This document shows positions 18,515 to 31,200 of a stretch of 64,000 bases of DNA, piece by piece. The notes under the pieces were generated by a model. The model made no database searches and was not told the DNA's origin. It was given only the letters and a program-made list of their open reading frames with translations. The stretch covers positions 10,097 through 74,096 of IMG/VR virus record IMGVR_UViG_3300032304_000721; one strand, written 5' to 3'. The first letter of the stretch is position 1. Each line of letters opens with the position of its first letter. Both the position numbers and the translations under genes were made by a program. The DNA is from a virus.

Positions 18515-19120
18515 TTATGCCGCACTCAAGTTAGTTAATGTTTGAATACGCAAAGTATAATCTATCTGTATCTGACGATTTAAACTCTTTTGTACGGGGT
18601 GGAAAATTACATGGGTGATCAATAATAAATCACTAGCACTTCCATTCCAGCACTGTAACCCTAGCTCGTCGAACACATACTCACCATTAAAATTGGTGCT
18701 GTTATCAAATGCTTGTTGTCCAGCAGGCTCGCCATAATCCAACAAACAAGTGGTTATAATATCGGTGTACACATTGCCCGATGTGTGTACCACAGTCATG
18801 TAGTTGTTGGCAGGATCTGTGTTGGCAGCTGAGTTATCATCAACCACCTTGCTGTAGGTTTCGTTATACAGGCTGGCATTTTGTCCAGTGGTGTTTGGCG
18901 GCAAATAGGTAATAACACCTGTGGGATCTACAGCACTTCCGCCGTTGCCAAAGGCCATTTTATAAATGTATCCGGTGTTTCTATCAGCTAACGTATTGGC
19001 CATGCAGATACTGATATTTTCATAGTGAATTGCGTTCTTTTTATCCAACAAGACTGCGCCGGTGGCAGGATCTGTAATTTTGACAAACCCTTCAATTTTG
19101 CATAGGCCTGGTTGGATCAT
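18515..19120 (-). CDS. Putative baseplate/tail structural protein
   Basis: 201-aa ORF between giant baseplate protein and tail fibre; MAFGNGG...FDELGL...FHPVQKS. Confidence 0.55.
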   Translation of the reverse strand: MIQPGLCKIEGFVKITDPATGAVLLDKKNAIHYENISICMANTLADRNTGYIYKMAFGNGGSAVDPTGVITYLPPNTTGQNASLYNETYSKVVDDNSAANTDPANNYMTVVHTSGNVYTDIITTCLLDYGEPAGQQAFDNSTNFNGEYVFDELGLQCWNGSASDLLLITHVIFHPVQKSLNRQIQIDYTLRIQTLTNLSAA

Positions 19121-19248
19121 GCTCGTTTCTCCACAAATACTTGTTTGGTTTTTGGATCAAAAATCTTTACGAATCCTTCAACACTAATAGACCCAGTTTC
19201 ATTAGGGCGTTTTGTTGCAGGAGTTGGTTGTTTAGTAGTATCGCTCAT
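19117..19248 (-). CDS. Small 43-aa protein MSDTTKQPTPATKRPNETGSISVEGFVKIFDPKTKQVFVEKRA (not in ORF track)
   Basis: ATG 7 nt downstream of TAAATA (19256-19261); stop overlaps next start as ATGA. Confidence 0.75.
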   Translation of the reverse strand: MSDTTKQPTPATKRPNETGSISVEGFVKIFDPKTKQVFVEKRA

Positions 19249-19267
19249 TGTAATTTATTTACCTGTA

Positions 19268-22200
19268 TTATAGGCCCCGTAAAAACCTTGCGGCCTGTGT
19301 TTCGGTAATCTGCAACGGATTACCATTGCTGGCAGTGCCGGTTCCTTGCTCATACCAGGTAACACCGCGCCGCACTAGCATGGTTACTTCGGAACCAGTA
19401 GCAGGAGCTGTTTCAAACACAATTTCAGCTGGGTTACTAGCAACAAGTGTGTAGCCAGAAACTTGAACTATGGATTCAGCTTCTGGAGCAGTCACAAATG
19501 TCAACGTTGTTTCTGTTATTGAGTAATCTGTAACATTGGTTTGCACTGCTCCGTTAACAGTTACAATTGAATCTGTCAATGCAACTATTCCAGTTAATGC
19601 AAATCCAACAGTGCTACCGTCGCCAATAAAGTGTTCTGATTGTTTGAATCCGCCCACGTATACTTCAAGTGCATCCAAGCGTAACGTACTGTCCTCAGGA
19701 GTTAAATTGATATTGTCTGCTGTAAACACAGTAGTGGTTCCATCACCTAATGTGCTGGTACTTACAATGTAATCTTGATATTGTTCTGGTAACAAGTTAC
19801 CTCGGCCCATATTGTAAACTATAGCGCCATTGTCATGTGCTGTAACGGCGGTGCCAGCTGTGCCACGCATCAATCCACTGATAGTATTGTTTACAGTGTC
19901 TCTATAACGATACATAATACGTTCAGCGTCTATAGTTGCAACTCCCCAAACGTTGATATCAAAATTAGGTTCGGCTAGCGTATTGGCATTGTCTACATAA
20001 ATTATATCAGCATTGACAGTCACAGCAGCTGTGGTTGTAGTAGTGGTTTCTGGAGTGATACGGTAGGTAGCCTGTACTCCACGCATGTCTTGGAATATGC
20101 GGAAGGCCATGCTTTCCGGCACTACAAAATTTGTGAACTGTGTTATCATAACCACGTCTGCAGCACTCAATATTCCTGAAGTTAAAATTACCTCAGTTCC
20201 GCTCACAGTGAATCCAATATTATTAAATAACCTACGACCATTTAATGATACCAATAGACGATCTGGGTCTGTTATTACAACACCCATATCAAGATTGTTT
20301 GCAGTTACAGTAATTCCAGAACTATAATCGTAACTGCCCGGGGCATTGGTAATAAGTCCAACATCAAAGTCAGTACTGTCGTATGGTTCTACTACTGTAA
20401 CTCCTGTGGTTACTGGTCCAACAAAACACTGACTTAATATTTGTTGTTGGCGTGTATCATTCCATGTTGTAACAGCTATCACATCGCCAGTAACCGGAAC
20501 AAGTCCGTTGCCCAAGTTAAACACTAATTGATTACCGTTGACATAGCATTGAGTATTGGTTATTACATAAATCAATATTTCAGAATCAACAGGTGGTTCT
20601 GTAATAAAAATCACTTCTCTTGGTGTACCGTCGTAGGGTTCTAATATAAAATCTACAAGTAAAATTTGTGGCTCATTATCAACATACACATGCACTTCGT
20701 TGTCTACAATTAAAGACTGACTGAATCCCAATCTGTCTGGCAAGGTATAGGCAGTGCTGCCATCACCAATATGACGTATTCCGGCGGCGGTCCTAGCACG
20801 GACACCGTTGACTGTGACTATTACGCTGTCTGGATTCACATACTCAAGATTATTGTCAAGGGTGTAAGTTAATACAGAAGTAACGCCATTAATCAACTGA
20901 GTTTGCGGCATACTCCAACTATAATCAATTGTAGTAGCATTTACCACAGTAGGTGCAATTACATACAAGGTAATACTGTCAGTGTTGGTGTAGGTTGTAT
21001 CAAAGGTAACAGTTGTATTCTGGTCGCCATCTGCGGCATAGGTATAATCTGTGGTTATTACACCGTTTACAAAGATCACAAATTCTTGTATTTGTTCAGA
21101 CCCAGTAGCAGTGTAATAAGCCACAGGTACAGTCACAGTATTACCTACATCGGCACCGTTGTAGATATTTTTATAAAGTTGGTTGCCACCACCAATTTCA
21201 TAGGCAGTGATTACAATCACATTGCCTGCCTGTACATTACCACCGGGTATCATAGTTACAGTTTGGGCCACATAATCCACTGTGTAATCACTACCCAAAT
21301 GCAAATCTATACTTTGAGTTTGATTGGCTACAGTTACCAGTGCTGTGTATGGCAACAACCCAGCAAAGCTCAAACTTAATTCGGACAAACTCAAGGTGTA
21401 TTTGACGTTGGCACTTGGAAATCCGTGGCCGCGTTGCAACCAGTCTGCTCCAGGGCGTGTGTATACACGTAGATCCAGGGTGTCAAATTCACTACCTGGC
21501 ACCAACTCTTCTGGAGCATGGCTGCTGTAAGGACCAACATACTCGCCACCATCCACATTGATGTCTGTGGCTCTGGTGCCAAGATATGGGTCTATGTATT
21601 GGCTCGAATAGCGAGCATCCAAGATTGCTGGGTCGTAGGTTGGGCGACCGTTTTCATCAAACGAGATATTGTCAAACGGATTTATATCATAATTGCCTAC
21701 GTCAAATCCAGTATTTTGATTAAAGTCTGGAGCATCAACTTGTACGCCTGGATAGCTAACTCCGTCAATTAACAGTGGCAAGCTAAGTCCAGGCATGTTA
21801 ACTGTGGGGACATAAAATCCCATGGTGCGATCTACACCACTCAATGAGTCGGCATCAACCAAGGTCCAATCTTCAACAACAAAAACAGAAGACGATTGCG
21901 TGGCATCAGCCGACCAAACAAGGTTGTTCCAACGCACCTGTTCACCTTCAGCATACACTACATCTGCTTGCCATTCATAAATGGTAGTGACATATTGATA
22001 ACGGTCGTACTTGATAGTGGTCTTGATACTTCTGACTAAATTGTTACCCATCACCGGCACTAATTTTATAGCGGATGTGGTAAAGTTAGGGTATGTCCCG
22101 TTAATAGCAATTAATGGAGTAGTTAAGTAACCAGATCCAGCGACTGTTACGGTAACGGTGGATATGGTGCGATTGGCTCTGAGAACGGCTGTGGCCTGGG

Positions 22201-25200
22201 CACGTGGGCCTGTGTAGGTTAACGTTACGGTGCCGTTGACCACACTGCCTGCGGTAACGGTTGGCGCTGTGCTGTTGGTAGTTCCAGCCACAGTCACAGT
22301 GTAAAGATTGTTTCGATAAGCAATTTGCTCTCCAACCGTGTATGCCGTATTGGCTTGCCATTCAGCACCGATAGTTATAACTGGCACTGTGACATATGTA
22401 GTTGTGGTATCAATCACAGCAATGCTGTCTACGCTCAAAGTATAGTTATTAAACCAGTCACTCCAGGGACGCTCTAACCATATCTGTGCGTTGCTGGCAG
22501 CATCACTGATGAATGATTGATTGACACTGTCACTGTAGGTGTACGGTGTTAATACTGGACTTATAAATTGTGGAAGATCCAATGTGGTGTTCCAGTAGGC
22601 AGGTACATCATAGTCGGTTAATGCGCCGGGATATGTGTCAATGCCATCATAGATCAAGTTAAACGCAAGGTTCTGTACGTGGTACGGCTTGACCTCGTTT
22701 AGATAATCCAACACAAAAGTTTGGTTGTCTGGTTGATATAGTTCATACGGCAACAGGCCGCGGATTACGTGATCCACGTTGATATAGCTGGATTTGAATA
22801 ACCAGTTAGGGCTTGTAAATTCGCTGTATATAAATTTGAATGTCAATATCAATGCTTGATTGCGATTAATAAGCAAATCATCAATGAACAATTCTTCGTT
22901 GATAGCTTTGATAATTTGACGAGTTTCGATTACAGGTTCTTGGTCAAAATAATTGGCATCAAACACTTCAACATCAAACCCAAATCCGCCGGCAGTATAA
23001 TCCCACAACACTGAACTAAACTCAATGGTGCCATCCTCAAGTCCCACACGGTCCCATCCCAACGCAGTACGCAGATAAATTTCAAATTTACCTTGACCGT
23101 TGGCCGTGACCTTGACACTACTACCTACTGGCGCTGTACTTAAACTTAAAGTTTGTAGTCCGGCTGTGTTCGCCACTGTTGCAACAGGCTGAATACTGCT
23201 GTTGTATCCAGGAAGGTACCAATTAATATAATTCCAATATAATGGAGTGTCGTAGTTTTGTACTTGTACTAGATTCAATACACGTTCGCCAGGTAGAGTA
23301 CCAAGAGCAACTTCGTATATGGTCCAACGGCCATTCTGACTTGTGTCAGTTTGTACCAGGTATAGATAGCCAATAGGCACCACATTGAGATCTTGATAAG
23401 CTAATATTTCCAACGTGGCCACTTCAAAATCCCATGCACCTGTGTTGGCAGCCGGAGTAGGCTCGCTGCTATTCAACAAATTAAAACTGCGAGTTTCGCT
23501 AATAGGATATTGCGCCAATACAGTGTTGGCATAGCCTAGATAATTTTCTAGCGCCGTAAAGCGATTAACAAACATGCTTTGACGTGGGCGGAATTGCACA
23601 CCATATTGCATGCCCGGACTCAACAGTGGATCTGGTACAGCGGCACCTGCAGTGGTTACACCGCAAAAGCTGTCTAAAAATTTACGATATAAATTTGCAT
23701 TTAAAAATGCATCAGCTTTGCCATCGGCAATGAACGCATATTCTGTGTGTATGTCATTGTCACCACCCGGAGCTTGCCGGTCATACTCAATGTGTAATAT
23801 AGTGTCAAAGGCCGACAACAGGGTGTCAGCATTGTAGATAGCAACAGAGTTGGCTGACAAGGCTGCTATGTAAGGTAAGCCACTGCTGAGCGGATTCAAA
23901 ATATAACTGGCAATGGCGGTAGCACTTAGCGTTTTGCCTTGCGCAGTTGCTACAGTGTTGATTCCAGCCACCCAAAAATAATATGTTGTGATTAACAACC
24001 CTTGATTGTTAATGGACGAGTAAACAGTATAACTGGTAGTGCTGAGTGGGGTGCCTGTGCCTGTGTAGTTGACTGGTGGCACTGAACTAGCAATCCATTG
24101 ATAGATGTCAATAGTGCTGCCGGGAAATACTTGACCCCACCTGCGGCTGGCATAATCTATATTGTCTTGGTTGGCATCAATAAACCTAACTGAGTTGGTA
24201 TCCCACCAGATTTCTCCTTCGTGTGACGGGCCCCAGCTGGTGCCTATGTTGTGTACTGTTCCAGTATTGTAACTGGCTGGATCTACTGCACCAATGTAAT
24301 CAATGTTTCTGCGGGCTACACCCAAGATTTTACCTTGTAAGGGATCAATAAAATCAAAGTAGGTCTGTGTGCTGTTTAACAGTTTATCATATGAGTACAC
24401 TGAATTAATTAGATTTACATCAACCATGGGTTGTTGAGAGTAGATTACTTGCCATACTGCGGCATCGTTGGCATTGTTTAATACTGACACACCTCCGTAA
24501 TTTCCAGTGCTATCACCTAAATCGCTACCAGGTGCACCCACTAGCAATCTGCCGTTTCTGTAGTTGACTGCTGTGCCGAACAGGTCTCCAGTGGCCAAGG
24601 TAGTTGTATATACTTGTTGTCCAAATACAAACTGTCCTGGATTGGCTACACTGCTGTCGGCACTAGGCAAGAAATCATATGTAAACACCACCCCAGAATT
24701 ACTAATAAATCCAAAGAATGTAGTGCTACGATCATCAAAGTATGTTTTGCCAGCGTCAAAGGTAGTAGGTTCGTACACGCTGCCATTGGGTGCACCTACT
24801 ACTAGATTTGTAGCACTGGAATTTACATTCACTGCTGCACCAAACTGTGCAAAATCTGTAGGTGCTGGGCTTGTGATAGTTTGTGCGTAAGCATAGGTTA
24901 CAAAGCCAAGATCATAAAATGCTGAACCAATGGTGCTGTCGTCTGCGGCAACTCCTGGCAACACCGTGAGCTTGTTAAATTGTTCGGCTGCAGCAAGATT
25001 TATCACACTCACTGTCATGCGGCCAGCTACTACTAAAATCTCTGCACCCAAAACGGGAGTTGATACAAATGCAATCTGCTGTAGGGTATTGTTATAGGAG
25101 TAGTTCACTCCGGCAGTTTGTAACACATCATCAATGTAGACCAGTGTAGTATATGCGCTGGCAGCAGAATAAATGTTGCCAACGTTGAATATTTTTGTTA

Positions 25201-28200
25201 TGCCGTCGCCAGTTAATATAACATTGGTTGCGTTGGCTGCTACCACATTAGGTATACCAGCAGAATTAATGGCTGCTACTAGTCCGGCTACAGTATTATT
25301 GGGACTATTTGGCACAGCAACTTCTATATGGTTAATGCGAATAGTATCGCCAGCGATCAATGTAGGGTTGGCCACAGTGCTGGTGATTATGCCATATAAC
25401 CTTGACTGATTTACCTGACGCTCAACCATACCAGCTTGTGGAACTCCGCTAGCACTGGAATCAAGTGGTGCGCCAACATATACACTACAACTGGTAGGGC
25501 AGATATCTATGCTGTGACCAAATTGTGATTCGTCGATTACGTTATCGGCCGTGAATCTTTGTACAAATTGGAATTGGTTAGTTTCAATTTCTAAAGTATC
25601 GCCTACAGTCAAGGACACCGAGCTGGACAACACAATAGTACTTCCATTTATGGTAAATTGTCCGTTGATATATTGAGCTGTGTCGGTTAGGTATTGATTG
25701 TTTAATACCACTGCTACAGGATTGTCGTAGTCGCCCGGAATGGCGTAGATTAGCTGGGAAGCATCGGTGATTATGTATCTGACTACACTGCGATCAAATG
25801 CGTACACTGCACCTGCATTGGGAATGGTATCTCCTTCAGCATCCACAGCACTGTCATACGGTGCGCCTGCTAGTATTTGAGTACCTACTGTGTTGGTAGT
25901 AAGACTGTGGCCAAGTTGGGCATTAGGATCAACTGTGATAGGATAGTAATTAGAGTCAAGTGTGTTCACATACTGCCAATATGCACCAACAGTAGCTGAT
26001 TGTACCGCAATAATAGCACCTGGTGCCGGCACAGTGACAAATGTAAGTGTGCCACTGCTGAATGTGTAATCAATATAAGGACGTTGTAGTACGCCGTCAA
26101 CAAGTACTGTAAATGAGTCATACGTGGTCACTGTGTACAAGTAATTTGTTAAAGAAAACACTGAGGTATTGTCAACTCCGTTGCCCGTCCATGTAAATCC
26201 AGTGATGCCACCGCTAGTGACTTCAGTAACCGTGACAGTAATATTGTTGGCTGCACTTCCTGTGGGATCAACCTGCAGGTAACTAATGGTCAATTGATTG
26301 CCAACTACATAATTGATACCGGGCGCTGACAAGCTGACTGAATAATCTCCGCGAGTATTAGTCACGGTGAATGTGGCGCCAGACCCTGCCCCTGTGGTGC
26401 TGTTTTGTACTACTCCAAGATAAGTTTCAAAATCCAACTGCACTGATGAGCGACGACGGATACGCACAACGTTGTTGGCGCTAGGTGGGTTTAAAAATTG
26501 AACCAAAACATCATTGATAATGTAATCTGTACCATACACCTGCAAGCTGTTATTAAAAGTTACTAACAACTGATCAGGATATGTTGGATCAATCATGATA
26601 TCATTGTTGTAGACAAATGTAGCTGTTGTTCCGTCAGTGACATAAGTTACTGATTGATTAGGAACATCAACTCGGCCGTATGCGTAAACTTGATTTGCCT
26701 CGGGCGCACTAATATACATCCAACGTTCGTTGTCGCTTATTTGTACCGCGGTTCCAAACCCAGTAGCACTAAAATTTTCATCTGGTGCCACTAACAATTG
26801 TGTTTGTATGTAATCGTTTGAGCCAGGAACCAGATAAAGTATTGTGGCATAACCTGCGCCAGAATTACTGGTATTTGCACCAGCTACTGCCCAGGTACGA
26901 TTACCAAAGTCTACACTGCATCCGTAGCCGCTAGTGTCTGTGGCCAGCAGTAATAGGTCTGTATTTTCTACATAGTCGTTGACGTCGCCTAAACGATAAG
27001 TGTAAACTGATCCTGCGCCATTTGCAGCGGCAGGCGCCCCTACTAATAAAGCGTAATTATTGGCACTTTGAGACACACTGGTACCAAACAATGAATTAAC
27101 TTCTGGATTGTTTGCCGACAAGGTATCAATAGACGCAAATGGATTGGTCTTTTGTAGCACTTGCCAGTGGCCTGATCCGTCATTGTCAACCCAGGCTGTG
27201 GCACCAGGAATAAGTTGATTTACATAAGGCAAGGTACTAACATCACTTGCCTGTGCCACACGCATGGTTTGTAGGTAAAAGGCAATGCCTACTCCAGTGA
27301 GTGTGGTCTGGTTGGAGTTGGTAAATGCATATTGAATAACTACTGTGTCGATGGTTGGACGGCTCAACACACGGTACACACCATCCACTACATCGCTGAA
27401 GTAACGAATAATTATTAAGTCACCTACTGCAAGGTCAACTGTGGTGCTGAACTGGGCGCGGCTGGTGCCGTTAAGATTATCGGTGATTTGTGTCACACGA
27501 CCTGTGACCTGGGCACACTGATAAATGTTCCAGTCATAGCTGTTGTCTTGTGCTACCCAGATTGTAGTGCCGTTGCCAACTGTGCTTAGATTGGCCGCAA
27601 TGTTGTTGGGGTCGTTGAGATTGAATACTGTGATGTCTACATCATTGATATTGACATAGCCTGCAGTTGGCAAGGCAGTGTCTGAATCGGTGCTGTAGGT
27701 TGTTGGCAAGATGTTGGTGTTAGGTATTGCATAACTTTCGGCCCAAAGATTGCTTAACAAGATAGCCTGATCTGCTTGGCTTTCTGTTCCTGGCTGAACA
27801 ATCTGTACCGTACTAGGGTTACCGGTCAGTACCGCTTCATTAAGAGCAATTTCAAACCAACTGCGGTTGGCATTGGCGCCGTAAGTTCCAACCAGGATGC
27901 CCCAATTTTCATATATGTTGTATTGTGCTGACAACTCGTTAAAGTTAACCTGCGTAAACAAGTCTGTGGCCTGCGTGGTTCCTTTGGTTTTAATAAACTG
28001 TTGATACAAACTTATCTGACTAGTATCGCTTAAATCTAAATCCACCATGTACTGTCTTGGGTTAAATCCAATTAAGTTATAGGCTAGTAAGTCGTTATCT
28101 CTGTTAAGGTTTGCAGTTTGTGTGTTATAACTGTTGGCCAACTGGTCTGCCTTGGTCGCCAAGTTTTGCAACAATCCTTGTTGTACAGCATCATAGTTGC

Positions 28201-31200
28201 TCTTGTACCAGTCCGCGTATTCAAACTTGAGTTTGGGCTGTACGATTGTCGCGGCTTGCCAATAACTATTTTTGTAAATGACAATGTCGCCTTTAGTATA
28301 TTTGGTATTGGCCTTCCATGCCACCACATTGTTTTGATTTAATATAAAGCCTTGGGCATTTAAGGTGCCGTTCCATTGAGTACTTGTGGCAGCTATCAGT
28401 TTGAGACGACTTTGTCTTTCACCTGTGACAGTGTTGTAGATCAAATCGTTGAAGATTGTGCGATTGTCTAGCACTACCATATCTTCGTAGTCGGTAAATT
28501 TCAATTGCAAATAACTGATAGTTTGATTACCGCTAGGTTCTGGGTTAAGCGTAAATGTATTACCTTCGCGTTGGATAATCAAATTTCTAGCATTAAATGC
28601 CTGACGATTTTGATCCAACAGCAAATTCTCTGGAGTGTAGGTCACAATAGAATCTACCACTGCTCCAGCGCGGAATGATATAACTTGAGTAGCTGAAGGA
28701 TTTAGGTTGATAATTGTCCCAGTGGCCCAACCCTGATTGGCAAAATACAAGAATTCTTGAGCCATCTGAATCCAGTTCAAGGTATAGCCGTTTTCCTGGG
28801 CGATAAATGTGAGTCCTTGACTAGCCAGGTATTGTCCGTAGCTCAATAAGAAATCTACCACACTGGTCAAGTTGGTAAAGGTATAGCCATAGGGTATTTG
28901 TACTGTGCGGTCGGTGTACTGTTTGGGAACAGTTACTGATATGTTTCCACCTGTAAGCGTTTGTGTAAGGCCGGCAACCTGGCTAGCCAGAGTTGAAAAA
29001 TATGGATTGACAGTGCTGTAGCCGTACACACTGTAGCCGCCATCAACCACTTCCACAATCACAGCACTATAGTTTATTCTGTTAAATGGCTGATTTTTGT
29101 ATAGTAATAGGTTGTAACTCTCAGGAGGAATTAACAAACTGCTATTCTGGCTGTTGGGACTACCTTTCTCCAAGTACATGGCCAAGTTTTGTTGTGTAAT
29201 AAATGACGCGGCCCGATAACACAAGCGCACATCTAGATTGGCTAGGTCTGTGGTTAAGGCGTCGGTGCTATCAATACCCAACTGTTGATTATAGTCAACA
29301 ATCCAGTTAATATAACTGGCTTTGCTGACACCATTGCCGTAGACTTGTATGTTTTGCGGCTGTATTCTATAACGACCCTTGTAGAGGTACTGATCGAATT
29401 CTGCACTGTATTTGTAGAGGTCTCGGTCAGCAAACAAGCTGAAGAATTCTGCCGGGCGTGTAAGGATTAATAATCGCATTACAGCAAATGGATAACTGCT
29501 GCTTGACCACCATGACGCCTCTACAGGGCCGCCGTCACCTACTTGCCAACTCTTAACAAATCCCTGCGGATTGTAAGCGCCCATAACACTGTAGAAAGGT
29601 GGCAACAACTGTCCTTGACTGTCAACAGGAATTACATCAGTTAATTCTGATCGTATATACTTGGGATTTATGTAAGGTACAACAGGATCCTTAACTAAGC
29701 CTGCGGCTAGGTCTTCCCATAGCACCAAGTTGTCACTAGTGTATGGTGCTGGACCGTAGGTATTTTCCCACCATTCTGGCTGTTCGCTTAGTCCTAACAT
29801 TTCCCATGGTGTGATGTTTGGAGTTAACGTATCATAGAAGTAACGATAGATACCGCGCCATGCGCCAAGCAATGGCGCTTGGTCAAGTCTGTTGCCGGCT
29901 TGACTGTAGTTGTAGGTAAATTCGTTGTCAGCAATGTACGTCTGCGCGGTATAGTCTAACTTGTTGGCACCAACCCAGGCTAAGAAATTTTCACCCAAAA
30001 TTTGAGTAACTTCTGCTTGTGTATAATCTGTAGTGCGGAAATAGCCAGGAATTACATCCTCGGCTACTAAAGGAGGAGGGTTGCCATCATTCTTTAGATT
30101 GCTAAAAATACGTTGTTCAAATTCTAATAATACTTGATCTCGGATGTCACCAAACGCTACGGTAATACTTCCGTCGTGACCTTGAATAACTGGCGTAGGA
30201 TTTACATAATCTTCATCTAAGAAAATTTTAGGTTCATATTTAGGATACAGGCCTAATTTAGTAGGAGTGTTGGGAACAAAATTACCAGCGGTGTCTGCAT
30301 ATTCATTGATAGTAACTACGTCGCCCACTGTCAATGGTATGGATATGGTCAAGGTGGGACCTTCAGTGCTGACCACATACTGGTAATTGCGTGTTAGTAA
30401 AACGTCATTAACATACACACATAGACCTAGATAATTTGATTCAGTAAAACTGTAGGTCTGTGTGGTATTAAACGTGTTGGTAGTTATTGGATTAACAGTG
30501 TAACTATTTGAAGTAAACACAGTGCCAGTGGGCAACATGTCGCTCCAATAAAATGGATTTAGATCAGTTCTGCCTGCTGTAATTTGAGCAATTGATTGAT
30601 CCAACAATTTAGCCACGGTCCAATTGTCGTAGTCTGCAATACCAAATGTGGTCACAGCGTTTAACAATTGTGATTTAAATTTAATGTATTCTGTGCTGTT
30701 ATAGGCCAACGATGCAAAAATATCATAGTTGGCATCACGCATAAAATATCCGGTCAAGGTTAATGGCGAGCTTTGTTGTAAAATCTGTAGGCCGTAGGGA
30801 ACAATGTTGCCTAGGTCTCTAGTATTGTTGGGGCCTATGGCTGGACCTTGCAATGCTATGAGATTTTCTGCAAGTCCAATGTAATGATTGCGTATAGTGC
30901 CCAGGGTAAATTGATTACTATTGCCGTTTAGAGGATTGTTTTCTAAATTAATAGGAACTTCATAAAATCCAGCCACACTAACTTGATCACTCAACACTGT
31001 TACTTCAATCAAATCACCAGGCACATACGTGGTCAACAAATTGATTGTGGTAGTGTTGGAGCCTACTGTGTACTGATAATTATAGGCTTCTTGAAATTGT
31101 CCATTGGCATATATTTGTACGGCAGGAACTGTGGTATTGGCATTGACAGCCACATCCAATAGGAGTGGGCTTCCATCATAAGTGAATTGAAACTGCTGAC

